Part shown: piece by piece, positions 37,553 to 49,462 of the stretch
Layout of the letters: every line of letters begins with the position of its first letter
How positions within the stretch are numbered: position 1 is the first letter of the stretch
Source of the DNA: Diadema antillarum
Lineage: Eukaryota
Reading direction: 5' to 3'
Assembly (NCBI RefSeq): GCF_040938485.1
Contig: NW_027271819.1
Location: 496,001-560,000, forward strand
Length of the DNA: 64,000 bases
Program-made: the position numbers and the translations under genes
The notes under the pieces: model-generated
What the model was told of the DNA's origin: nothing
Database searches by the model: none
The model's input: only the letters and a program-made list of their open reading frames with translations

Positions 37553-38524
37553 GCCGAACAAAACAATTCAGGTGGAATAAAAGACGCCTCAACCACTATG
37601 ACCAAGGACGTCAAAATCGAATCGGGGATAACGTCAGAGGAAGGATTTCGTTTTGTACGCGACGTTCTAGGTGTGACGTCACCTGAAGACAAGAGGACCT
37701 CTGATCCAAAAGGGCTTCTAGATGATATTGTGTGTCACTGGCAACAAATCATCCCATACCAGACAATTTGCAGCATAGCCACGCCCAACAAAGAAAGGCA
37801 CCGCCCAACGCTCTTGGAGATCAAGAATGATATATTGGCAAAATATGGTGGTCGCTGCTACCATAGCAATGTCGGATGTTTCATGTTGATAAAAGCTCTT
37901 GGTTACAACGCAGCCCTTGTACCAGGTGACGTCCTTGATCTAAAAGGCGCCCATGTGGTAATTATAGTCTACAACCTATCTGGAGAAGGAAGCAGGCACC
38001 TTGCGGATGTGGGCACAGGGGGCTGGCCGACATTTCAGCTGATCCCGCTGGATTTTGAGAAAGAATCCCCCGAGTACCACGAGTCATTTTCGCGCTACAA
38101 GTTTGTACGGCGAGGTGACCTCATCTTACGTCAACACAACGCGGAAAACGACTCAGCGGGAGCGGATTTCTTCAAAAAAACCTTGAGGGACGGCTGGTAC
38201 ACATATGCCGAGATTCATCATGAAATGCCAGTAGACGTGTCCCACTTTGATGACGTAATGTCGATGATGTATACCACGATTTCGGAGGACAGCACACTTC
38301 TCAGACGTATTTGGTGCATGGCTTTTCCCAGCAGGCGACTCCTTTCAATCAGGAATACCACCCTCTTGATGGAGAACGAAGAAGGCAAGGTGCAGAAAAC
38401 CTATTTCCGGTCACGTGAAGAAATGATCACCACTTTCTCTCGCTTCTTTCCTCAGTTTGCTGAAACCATGTTGACTGCTGCTATGGATGATGAGAATATC
38501 AAACTGGACTTCAACCGGAAGTAG
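37553..38524 (+). CDS. NAT: Arylamine N-acetyltransferase copy 4, main coding exon (about 324 aa)
   Basis: Intact ORF with triad motifs. Acceptor TCTTCCAG at 37552, open frame to ATG 37598. Confidence 0.9.
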   Translation, partial: AEQNNSGGIKDASTTMTKDVKIESGITSEEGFRFVRDVLGVTSPEDKRTSDPKGLLDDIVCHWQQIIPYQTICSIATPNKERHRPTLLEIKNDILAKYGGRCYHSNVGCFMLIKALGYNAALVPGDVLDLKGAHVVIIVYNLSGEGSRHLADVGTGGWPTFQLIPLDFEKESPEYHESFSRYKFVRRGDLILRQHNAENDSAGADFFKKTLRDGWYTYAEIHHEMPVDVSHFDDVMSMMYTTISEDSTLLRRIWCMAFPSRRLLSIRNTTLLMENEEGKVQKTYFRSREEMITTFSRFFPQFAETMLTAAMDDENIKLDFNRK

Positions 38525-38728
38525 CCTTCCGGTATCATTTCTATGTTTGATAGCTTGGCTGTCAAATCTATGTACAGAACGCATATCTTTTGCTGTTGAA
38601 ACACTTCAAATATTGGTTTCATTTTACATCGTTTTTTTGCTGCACGTTTTCATTCACACGAATTGAATATTGCTTGATTTCAAATTGAAAAGATTTTTTC
38701 TTGACTTATGACACCGTTTCTTATCTAT

Positions 38729-40420
38729 GGCTGCGTTTATCAACTTTCCCCTGTTTAAACGACTTTCGAAAGCCCTTTCGATAGCCCTTTCGAAAGCCCT
38801 TTCCATATCCCTTTCGAAAGCCCTGTCCACTCCCTGTACTATTAATGTGCTGCTTTTTGTCGGCTGCGTTTATCAACTTTCCCCTGTTTAAACGGCTATC
38901 GGTAGCCCTTTTGATAGCCCTTTCGAAAGCCCTTTCAATAGCCCTTTCGAGAGCCCTTTCCAAAGCCCTGACTGCCTGTACTATTAATGTGCCGCTTGTT
39001 TTCTAAGAAGGGACGGCGAAAAGCAATTACCATCATAAAGACATATCTTCCCTTGAGAGGGACGAGTCATGATACAATGCCACATGAATCAATTGTCTTC
39101 CTATCTGTGAGGCAGCTCCAGTTTAGCACATACTTCAAATATTTCTGAGTGGCGGCATGAGACATGGGATCAAAGGGAATGAGACTGTTGTTACTCTATT
39201 TCTCAAACCTTGTTGGTGAAAGAAACACCTCCTTGTTCCAAGCATAATATGCGCGCACTACACACAGCTGTATGTATACACCTGTGCACACGTACTCGTG
39301 TGCACTTTACGTGGCGCGCGTCCTTTTAGAAACCGGAAACGCATGGTTGCGTAACCGCAGTAGGGCGACCTAAAGGGCTTTCAAAACAGCTTTGCGTTTA
39401 TCAACGGCTGCGTTTATCAACTCCTTTTCTCGGCAGAAACAGGTTATCCAAACAGCTTTCAAGGAATTTTTACGAGTTGATAAACACAAAGCTGTTTTGA
39501 AAGCCCTTTAGGAAAGCCTTTTACGAAAGGGTGCGTTTATCAACTCTCCTTTCTCGGCAAACCTGTTTGTAAAAGCCTTTCGAAAGCTGTTTTGAAAGCC
39601 CTTTAGGTCGCCCTACTGCGGTTACGCAAGCATGCGTTTCCAGTTTCTGAAAAGACGCGCGCCACGTAAAGTGCCCACGAGTACGTGTACACAGGTGTGA
39701 ATACAGCTGTGTGTAATGCACGCATATGCTTGGAACAAGGAGGTGTTTCTCTTACCAATAAGGTTTGAGAAATAGAGTAACAACAGTCTCATTCCCTTCG
39801 ATCCCATGTCTCATGCCGCCACTCAGAAATATTTGAAGTACATTGTATGTGCTAAACTGGAGCTACCTCACAAATAGGAAGACAATTGATTCATGTGGCA
39901 TTGTATCATGACTCGTCACTCTCAAAGGAAGATATGTCTTTATGATGGTAATTGCTTTTCGCCGTCCCGTCTTAGAAAACAAGCGGCTTATTAATAGTAC
40001 AGGCAGTCAGGGCTTTGGAAAGGGCTCTCGAAAGGGCTATGGAAAGGGCTATGGAAAGGGCTATCGAAAGTTGATAAACGCAGCCGACGAAAACAAGCGG
40101 CACATTAATAGTACAGGGAGCAGACAGGGCTTTCGAAAGGGCTATGGAAAGGGCTATCGAAAGGGCTATCGAAAGGGCTTTTGAAAGTCGTTTAAACTGG
40201 GGAAAGTTGATAAACGCAGCCAACTTCGAAAGGCTTTTACAAACAGGTTTCTGATAACCTGTTTAGGAAACCTGTTTGGATCGTCACAAATTTGGGGCTT
40301 TCGAAAAGGCTTTCCTAAAGGGCTTTCAACACAGCTTTGCGTTTATCAACTCGTAAAAATGTCTTGAAAGCTGTTTGGATAACCTGTTTCTGCCGAGAAA
40401 AGGAGTTGATAAACGCAGCC
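38729..40420. mobile_element. Composite fold-back PIF/Harbinger-like element (1692 bp)
   Basis: TIR GGCTGCGTTTATCAACT, flanks TAT/TAA (3-bp TWA-type TSD with one mismatch), empty site near 31135. Long palindrome 38729-39393 / 39583-40221 and 12-bp GAAAGGGCTWTC subterminal repeats. Confidence 0.8.
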
Positions 40421-41311
40421 TAAGTGTATCTTCGTATAAAACGTTGTTATTGTTCCCTGACCTATAAAAAAATACGAGTCCTGATGGTCTCCCCAAATAC
40501 TGTAGAATATCCATTTAATCGGTGCTCGGTATACTTTATTCTAATGACAAGTTCAATATCATTATTTCAATCGGACATACCACTATCTTATTAGCTCGTG
40601 TGTTTGTGATTCATTTACTTAATTGTAATTAAATGATTTCAGTGTTTTAATTAATTTTTTTGTCCTTGTGACCAATTCATCTACAGATATCATAGTCATC
40701 TTGTATGTTATCCTGGTATAATCTTCATCTGAATTGTTTTCAATAACATTCCTGAAAAAGAATATCTGCCAGGATTTTTCTTTCGCACTTGGGCGCATCA
40801 TTTGTGGATGCGTTTTGCGTGAGTGTGTGTGTGTGTGTGTGTGTATGTGTGTGCGTGTTTGTGCATGAGTGTGTGAATGTGTGTTTGTAGTTATGAATAA
40901 GACTATGGGTGTGTGTCTATAATTAGTATACTTATCATGACTTGTGTATATGTGTTTAGAGTCATGTGGGCGTTGTTTCTAAAATGTTTGAGTGTATGGT
41001 TAAAATGTTTCTACCTTCCTAAATGATTCTTTCATGATTTAATTACGTTTTAGGAACATTATGATAATGTTATAATTATGTTTTTCCTGTTTATGGGTTT
41101 GTTTGTTTTTTTCAAAAATACCAATCTGACTCAAACTGCAGGTGACTGACGGAAATTGTATGTCAAATCAGAATTTGCACAACTCTATTAATTCTAACTT
41201 GTTTCTCAGGACCGCGATGCAAATCAGAATATAGATTACATAATCATTTATATCATATTATTGTACTTTACACCTGAATCAACTTCCACACGTCCATCAG
41301 CGTGTTCACCC

Positions 41312-41345
<34 letters not shown>

Positions 41346-41689
41346 ACACAGCTACACTCGCATAATCACACTCAATATTCTAAGTTCCAGGCCCGAACAA
41401 TCATTCTCGTAAGGAACTTTTGACATGAGTTATAGGTTTAAATGATGATACTTTACTCAAAGTTATCAACCTACAGAAAATATTAGAACATAATTTTGCG
41501 AGATTAATAACATTTTTACAACTACTTCAAATCAAATTTGTTAGGCCTATTTGTTAATCATGGGCATGTCAGTCATATACTGCGAACCACATCGCCGCAG
41601 ACCTGATGAATAACTTAAGCTTTAACTCACTAGAATTTCCAACTACAAAGCAGGAATTCTAATCATTAGGATTACATTCTACCTCCTCT

Positions 41690-41951
41690 ACCGGAAAGAA
41701 CACAGTATCCCACAGTGTGTTCAAATAGTCGATTATGTGAAAACGCTCGAATCAACAGTGTAAAGATGATTTCACAATGTGGTGTGGCTTTCACAGAGTG
41801 TTCACATAGTAATGCTTTGTTTCACACTGTGAATTGACGAATCACATTGTGTTCAATGTGTCGAATTTAACAGTGTGATGAGATTTCACAGTATGTTTCA
41901 CAGTGTGACTCTCACACTATATGTGGGACACTGTGTTATTTCCAGCAGGGT
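41690..41951. mobile_element. MITE of the 28232-28539 family (second copy 51892-52162)
   Basis: GGAAAGAACACAG ... CTGTGTTATTTCCAGCAGGGT ends with CACAGTGTG repeats. Confidence 0.45.
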
Positions 41952-42989
41952 CTCTTCAACATTTTACTTTTTCTGCAATTGGTTATACTGTACCGTATGT
42001 GCCCTCACAAAAAAAGGAAATAAAAAGAATACAACGGGACCCCCGGCATTGATAACTTTAAAAATCGTGAATCAATCTAAATTGCAGGGTATGAAAGAGT
42101 AAGTTATTTCCCACATTTTACAGAAAACTCCATCCGATTTGCTTCAGTAGTCGAAGAGAAATGAGGATCATTGTAGAACATGTCAGGAATCCCTTAATTC
42201 CCTCAAAGCTCTGCCCATTCTTTTCACACACAAATATGGAGTCTGAGAGCATCCAAGTGAATAACATGAAAGAAACAGACCCAGTGATACAAAAGTGACT
42301 AACAAAAGACATTGCGAGGGAACATGCAAGTTATGCAGAGTCGAGGTGAAAATGTATTCCAATGTCTTTTGTTAAACATTTCAGTACTTTAGCAATGAAT
42401 GACAGATGATGTCATCTGAGGAATATTGATTTGGAAGGATTTTTTTTTGTGGGCGTTCCCAAGTAATCTGAATAACAATAGAAGACAAAAAAGTGGAATG
42501 TTTCTAGATATTCGTTTCACCTCAAAAGTGATGTTAAGGGTATCATAAATCAACACAAATCAGCATGCATTTAGATTTCAGGGGCCCTTACAGAGGAAGT
42601 GGGAGAAAAATACCCCTCCTTCCACGCCTTTGCTGCGCATGATCCTGGACCCTCTTCATAACCCGCACTGACTGGGCTTACAGCATTTATCCTGTCGCCG
42701 ATGCGGCAAAGAACATTCTGGGTCTCTGAATGCACTATTATACACATTCAAACTTGAGTCAACCTTTCGCATGCTAAATCTTGTGGCATTGCGTTCTTCA
42801 CTGTATTCATTTACCTTCCGTGTTCGTGAAACACGTTGCTGTTACCCACTTTTCACTGAAGTGCCTTCATTTCTATAGGGTACTGTCTGTATTGATGAGA
42901 GCTCAACAACAAACTACAGGAGACTGTCGGTAACGGTCGATTTAGGAGCTCGAAAGGCTGATTGAAGGGAGTAGAACTTTCCATGAGAA

Positions 42990-42992
42990 ATG
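42990..42992 (+). CDS. NAT: NAT copy 5 start-codon exon
   Basis: GAGAAATG|GTGAGT. Phase-0 intron 42993-46788. Confidence 0.65.
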
Positions 42993-43166
42993 GTGAGTAA
43001 TTTGTCAAATCTGGCTCTTAAATGAGTCTATGGGGATGTCTTTTAAAATTCCAACGTGTTGTTATTGTTTTAATAGGGCCTATTCCTTTCTTGTTTAGAT
43101 AACACCTTTATATCTGTAAATTGAAATCAGGTACGTCAGTGAATAATAATGAAATCCTATTTACTC

Positions 43167-44800
43167 AGGGTAGACTCTTCACTGTTGCCACTGCTCTCCC
43201 AGAGGGCCCTGCCATTGTTATTACCCTAGCGTTGCCAGGCACCCATTTATACACCTGGGTCGAGAGGGACATGGTGGGTTAAAACATCTTGTCCAAGGAA
43301 GTAAGCGCTGGGCTTGATTCGAACGGTCGAATTTGGGTCCGCAGGTCGGGAGTCGGGAGTCTCAAGGGGCGATCACACATTGCCGGTCTAGATGGCGGTT
43401 CATGGCGGTTCTCAAACCGCCGTGAACCGTGTCTCAACGATGGCGGAAAGCACTTGAACGCAATGTACCTACGTTCCCAACACGTTTTGAACACGGCGCT
43501 AACGCGGATTCGCGCGGTAGTAAGACGGATCTCCCTGAAGGGTGGAGGAGTCCATACCAAGCCCTTGTAGTTGGATGCAATCTGAGCCCTTTCAATCGTC
43601 TTCAGTGGGTTACCAAGGAGGTATTGCTTTGTTAGGTACAAAAAGATAATTTCAAAAGAAATTGCGAAAAATTGTAACACCCTGTATATTTACAGATTGA
43701 CATAAGTGATGCAATAAGCAATTGTCTTCAAGTTTCAACATGCGTCTTTTCTCTCTCTTTTAACTTTTAAAATATCTGTATTAAATGTTATTAAAAAGAC
43801 ATACATGTCAAAGTAGAATCCAACATAGTTTACAAATTTCCTTTGCAGGTTTATATATATCAAGTGATGTATATGTACTTGCTTGTTTCAACATCTCTTT
43901 TTTTCTCCTTTCTTAATTAAGTTTTCACATATCCCTAACAACAGTCAATGAAAAGACATACATATCAAAGAAGAATATAGTCTATCTACATAGCTTCCTG
44001 TCTATTTACAGGTTCACGTAACATAATAATGTTTTTTTTTTTCAAGTTTCAACATCGCTTTTCCCTCTAGTCTCTTAAATTTCAACATGTCTGTATCAAC
44101 ATGTACTCTTACAAAAAGGCATACATAATCTCGAAAGCAGAACCCAACATATTTACGTAAGTCTTCTGTGTATAACTTACAGGTTCACGTAGCTGGCCAT
44201 CTTTTAAGCTATCAAGCTTTAACAAAGTTATGCACACGGCTTTTAAAGTAACTGATGTAATACTCAACAAACCTACCAACTTTTTGAATATCAAATTTTC
44301 TGTTTTACTCTATGTGTTAAAATAAAAGAGTGATAAAACTTTAGCATTTAATACAATATTTACCCGATCTAGCATTACGGGTTTATCTTTGCTTTTTTCC
44401 CCATTTTTTTATTGCTCCTCAACGAAGTGTCGCAGGAGGCATTATTCTCTTTTAAGTTCAACATTTGATTTTGCATGAAAAGTTATGGCGGTGTTGACAC
44501 GGTATTTTCATGGATCTTGCGGTGCAAACACGGAGGAGCCGTTCTTTACACGGTGGAAGGCGTTTAGAACACGGTCCATTTCAAACTGCCGAGACCGCCA
44601 CGAAAAATTAAACATGTTTAATTTTTCTGGCGGTTCTCCGCGGTTCCCAGGGTTTATGGCGGATGAGTGACGGATGACCAGGGTTTGTGTACGGTGTGAA
44701 CACGGCTTTTCCGAACCGCCATGAATCGCCATTTAAACCGGCGATGTGTGATCGCACCTTTACCCACTATGCCACTATGCCACTACGCCACCGCGCCCCC
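43167..44800 (-). mobile_element. tRNA-derived SINE split by a Harbinger-like insertion (pieces 43167-43364 and 44760-44800)
   Basis: Orthologous to the intact SINE at 34921-35138, interrupted at GAGTC-TTA-CCCACT. Confidence 0.75.
43365..44759. mobile_element. Non-autonomous PIF/Harbinger-like element (1395 bp)
   Basis: TIRs of about 47 bp, AGG(G/T)GCGATCACACAT(T/C)GCCGG..., and a 3-bp TSD TCA/TTA (43362-64 / 44760-62) against the empty site TTA. Confidence 0.8.
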
Positions 44801-45221
44801 GGGTACAGAGAAATATTAGAAGTAGTAAGAAGCGAAAGGAACGGAGGGACCTGCTAAATAAAAAAAAAACATACAAAAGCATATTTGAACTTTGTACTAT
44901 GTTGTCCTGTTATTTACCCAGCGGAACAATTGTGCTTTAAACCTTTGATCAGCTACAGACTAAAGGTCAACGATTATGAATATGTTAATACGTTCAGACT
45001 TATCATATGCGTCACAATGACTTATACATGCAAATTAGTTTAGTTGATAGTTCTTTGCATATCTTCGTTCCATCAGCACACAAATATCTATTCTTTTTTT
45101 CTTTTGTAACATGGAAATGAAACCCCACATCATAATCTCTTCTTTCATGTCAATCATGAAGAGATGTAGTCGCTGCAGAGCTGCGATAAATAACCCGACG
45201 GCGATTTCTAGAGGTGGTTAA

Positions 45222-45789
45222 AGGACAAGTTCACATTCATAAACATCAGGATTGAGAGAATGTAGCAATATTAGTAGAACACATCATTGAAAGTTTGAGG
45301 AAAATCGGACAATCCGTTCAAAAGTTATGAATTTTTGAAGTTTTTGTGCAGTAACCGCTGGATGAGAAGACTACTGCAGTGTGTGAATAACTTAGATGTC
45401 ACATGCGTACAACAATATAAGGAAAATATAAAGAGAATTTGACAAAATTTCATCTTTTGAAAAAAGTACACATTCCCCCGACTCGTTACCGACAAATGTT
45501 ATGGGTAATATTATTCCCCCTGCCTTTAGAAAGAGGCAAGTAAAGTGCTCTTTTATTATGCGCAAAAAGTGAAAATATGTTGAATTTTCTTTACATTTTC
45601 TTTATACTGTTGTACGCATATGACTCACAAGCTGTAGTAGTCTCCTTATCCAGCGGTTCCAACACAAAAATTTAAAAAATTCATAACTTTTGAACGGATT
45701 GTCTGATTTTCCTCAAACTTTCACTGATGTGTTCTTCTAATATTGTTGCATTCTCTCAATCCTTATGTTTATGAAGGTGAACTTGTCCT
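45222..45789. mobile_element. Kolobok-like MITE (568 bp)
   Basis: TTAA TSD (45218-21 / 45790-93), long TIRs starting AGGACAAGTTCAC. Empty site GGTGGTTAATTGTG at about 36771-36784. Confidence 0.85.
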
Positions 45790-46788
45790 TTAATTGTGCC
45801 CGCATCTGTAAATCTCAACCCAGTATCTCTTCAGAAACATTGTTACGTATGCAGCATTGTCCATTGTGAGGTCACAAAATGATAGCCTCAACTATTAATA
45901 AAATCCGTCCCATGATCAGTCAATGCAATTTCAGAAAAATAAAAGAGCTGTACATGAATTTCTCGGTATCTGGCCCAGGTAGGCTGGGTGAAATATTAAT
46001 GCACTGATCAAACATTCGGGGAAAATTCCTCAAGGTAAGAGAAAAAAGTCTCCTTTGCGGCAATGATATGACATTGTCATCTGAAACTTCACCAAGGAAT
46101 CTTGATAGTGAGTATATACATTGGCTGGAATGTTAGAAATGAAAAGGCATACCATCATTAATAAAATTATGAATGTTCATTAATGATGTAGGTTAATGTA
46201 GAGGACCGAAGTCTCGAGACAATATTTAAAAGAGCATAATCATATTGTATAATCTTAGTGAAAGGTCACAGTTCAAGATCAGAGGTCACTGCGCCTAGAT
46301 GACAAGGTCATTTTTGCAATGTCGTCTGCTAAATGTGCCCTGTTGCCATATCGTGGGGTAAAATATTTAAACATGAGTGCTTGACATCACAAGGAATAAA
46401 ATTAAATTCATGGCATCTCTATGGCACCTTCCAATCGACATATTAAGCAGACCACGTGTTGGAACAAATCAATTATGCCTTCCTACTGAAGTAATGCGTA
46501 AAACTTGTCTGAACTCGTTACTGCGGTCTTTGTGGGTGAGAATTGCACTACATGTCATATTTCTTTGGTTGTTTAATAATCAGCTTTTGGGTAGTACTTT
46601 TAGTGTTATTCGAAGCAGTTGTCATATGCTCAGGGGAGGGATGATTCCAAAGTTAAATCTTGTGTTCTTAGAAATCTCATGGGTATAAGATCGATCGCTC
46701 TCTTTGACATTGTTCACAAATATGGGTAAGACCTGTGCTTGCAGACATTAGACACTATTTATTCTTCTAACAACTTTATTTCTTCCAG

Positions 46789-47757
46789 GCCGAAAATACT
46801 TCAAATGGAATAAAAGACGCCTCAACCAATATGACCAAGGACGTCACTATCGAATCCATGATGACGTCAGAGGAAGGATTTCGTTTTGTACGCGACATTC
46901 TAGGTGTGACGTCACCTGAAGACAAGATGATCTCTGACCCAAAAGGGCTCTTAATTTATATTGTATGTTCCTGGCAACAAATCATCCCATATCAAACAAT
47001 TCGCAGCATAGCCACGCCCAGCAAAGACAGGCATCGACCGAAACTTTCGGAGATCAAAAACGATATATTGGCAAAATATGGTGGTCGCTGCTACCATAAT
47101 AATGTCGGATGCTTCATGGTAATAAAAGCTCTTGGTTACCACGCAACCCTGGTACCAGGTGATGTCCTTGGTCTGAAAAGCGGCCATGTAGTAATCATAA
47201 TCTACAACCTATCTGGAGAAGGTAGCAAGCACATGGCGGATGTGGGCACAGGCGGCTGGCCGACATTCCAGCTGATCCCGCTGGATTTTGAGAAGGAATC
47301 CCCCGAATACCACGAGTCCTTCTCGCGCTACAAGTTTGTACGACGAGGTGACCTCATCTTACGACTTCACAACGCTGAAAACGACTCAGCGGGAGCGGAT
47401 TTCTTCAAGAAAACCTTGAGGGACGGCTGGTACACTTATTCCGAAATCCGCCATGAAATGCCAGTAGACGTTTCCCACTTCGATGACGTAATGTCGATGT
47501 TGTATACCACGATTTCGGAGGACAGCACACTTCTCAGACGTATTTGGTGCATAGCTTTTCCTAACCGGCGACTCCTTTCAATCAGAAACACAACCCTCTT
47601 GATAGAGAACGAAGAAGGCAAGGTGCAGAAAACCTATTTCCGGTCACGTGAAGAGATGATTGCCACTTTTTCTCGCTTCTTTCCTCAGTTTGCTGAAGCC
47701 ATGTTGACTGCTGCTATGGATGATGAGAATATCAAACTGGACTTCAACCGGAAGTAG
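46789..47757 (+). CDS. NAT: Arylamine N-acetyltransferase copy 5, main coding exon (about 323 aa)
   Basis: Intact ORF with triad motifs. Acceptor TCTTCCAG at 46788, open frame to ATG 46831. Confidence 0.9.
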   Translation, partial: AENTSNGIKDASTNMTKDVTIESMMTSEEGFRFVRDILGVTSPEDKMISDPKGLLIYIVCSWQQIIPYQTIRSIATPSKDRHRPKLSEIKNDILAKYGGRCYHNNVGCFMVIKALGYHATLVPGDVLGLKSGHVVIIIYNLSGEGSKHMADVGTGGWPTFQLIPLDFEKESPEYHESFSRYKFVRRGDLILRLHNAENDSAGADFFKKTLRDGWYTYSEIRHEMPVDVSHFDDVMSMLYTTISEDSTLLRRIWCIAFPNRRLLSIRNTTLLIENEEGKVQKTYFRSREEMIATFSRFFPQFAEAMLTAAMDDENIKLDFNRK

Positions 47758-49462
47758 CCTTCCGGTATCATTTCCATGTTTGATAGCTTGGCTGTCAAAT
47801 CTATGTACAGAACGCATATCTTTTGCTGTTGAAACACTTCAAATATTGGTTTCATTTTACATCGTTTTTTGCTGCACGTTTTCATTCACACGAATTGAAT
47901 ATTGCTTGATTTCAAATTGAAAAGATTTTTTCTTGACTTATGACACCGTTTCTTATCTATGGCTGCGTTTATCAACTTTCCCCTGTTTAAACGACTTTCG
48001 AAAGCCCTTTCGATAGCCCTTTCGAAAGCCCTTTCCATATCCCTTTCGAAAGCCCTGTCCACTCCCTGTACTATTAATGTGCTGCTTTTTGTCGGCTGCG
48101 TTTATCAACTTTCCCCTGTTTAAACGGCTTTCGATAGCCCTTTTGATAGCCCTTTCGAAAGCCCTTTCAATAGCCCTTTCGAGAGCCCTTTCCAAAGCCC
48201 TGACTGCCTGTACTATTAATGTGCCGCTTGTTTTCTAAGAAGGGACGGCGAAAAGCAATTACCATCATAAAGACATATCTTCCCTTGAGAGGGACGAGTC
48301 ATGATACAATGCCACATGAATCAATTGTCTTCCTATCTGTGAGGCAGCTCCAGTTTAGCACATACTTCAAATATTTCTGAGTGGCGGCATGAGACATGGG
48401 ATCAAAGGGAATGAGACTGTTGTTACTCTATTTCTCAAACCTTGTTGGTGAAAGAAACACCTCCTTGTTCCAAGCATATGCGCACACTACAGGACAGCAC
48501 ACTTCTCAGACGTATTTGGTGCATAGCTTTTCCTAACCGGCGACTCCTTTCAATCAGAAACACAACCCTCTTGATAGAGAACGAAGAAGGCAAGGTGCAG
48601 AAAACCTATTTCCGGTCACGTGAAGAGATGATTGCCACTTTTTCTCGCTTCTTTCCTCAGTTTGCTGAAGCCATGTTGACTGCTGCTATGGATGATGAGA
48701 ATATCAAACTGGACTTCAACCGGAAGTAGCCTTCCGGTATCATTTCCATGTTTGATAGCTTGGCTGTCAAATCTATGTACAGAACGCATATCTTTTGCTG
48801 TTGAAACACTTCAAATATTGGTTTCATTTTACATCGTTTTTTGCTGCACGTTTTCATTCACACGAATTGAATATTGCTTGATTTCAAATTGAAAAGATTT
48901 TTTCTTGACTTATGACACCGTTTCTTATCTATGGCTGCGTTTATCAACTTTCCCCTGTTTAAACGACTTTCGAAAGCCCTTTCGATAGCCCTTTCGAAAG
49001 CCCTTTCCATATCCCTTTCGAAAGCCCTGTCCACTCCCTGTACTATTAATGTGCTGCTTTTTGTCGGCTGCGTTTATCAACTTTCCCCTGTTTAAACGGC
49101 TTTCGATAGCCCTTTTGATAGCCCTTTCGAAAGCCCTTTCAATAGCCCTTTCGAGAGCCCTTTCCAAAGCCCTGACTGCCTGTACTATTAATGTGCCGCT
49201 TGTTTTCTAAGAAGGGACGGCGAAAAGCAATTACCATCATAAAGACATATCTTCCCTTGAGAGGGACGAGTCATGATACAATGCCACATGAATCAATTGT
49301 CTTCCTATCTGTGAGGCAGCTCCAGTTTAGCACATACTTCAAATATTTCTGAGTGGCGGCATGAGACATGGGATCAAAGGGAATGAGACTGTTGTTACTC
49401 TATTTCTCAAACCTTGTTGGTGAAAGAAACACCTCCTTGTTCCAAGCATATGCGCACACTAC
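47519..49462 (+). repeat. Apparently exact 972-bp tandem duplication (47519-48490 / 48491-49462)
   Basis: Junction ...CGCACACTAC|AGGACAGCAC... The ORF track shows identical ORFs offset by 972 bp. Confidence 0.95.
48491..48729 (+). pseudogene. Duplicated 3' fragment of NAT copy 5 (last about 78 codons)
   Basis: DSTLLRRIWC...DFNRK* is identical to copy 5 and lacks all catalytic residues. Confidence 0.85.

Larger units (their letters stand above)
38466..47698 (+). repeat. Segmental repeat unit 1 (end of copy 4 exon, spacer, copy 5); unit 2 runs from 47699 past the window end
   Basis: 38466-46325 is colinear with 47699-64000 once the 972-bp duplication and the two unit-2-specific insertions are removed. 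Estimated about 99% identical proximally and about 95% distally. Confidence 0.85.

Noticed and set aside
38721-40223. ORFs with RKGYGKG / ERAIERA repeats, and the apparent repeat-spacer pattern (CRISPR-like)
   Set aside because: These are 12-bp subterminal repeats of a Harbinger-like element, with no unique spacers and no cas genes, in eukaryotic DNA.
43279-43680. ORFs of 93-133 aa recurring at about 61.4 kb and 62.2 kb
   Set aside because: They lie in TIR-proximal sequence of the Harbinger-like element. Recurrence is due to duplication, and there are no transposase motifs.
2914-47621. Recurrent minus-strand ORFs overlapping the NAT exons (e.g. 2914-3180, 22844-23029, 29415-29651, 46951-47187)
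   Set aside because: They are antisense shadows of the conserved coding sequence, with inconsistent lengths between paralogs.
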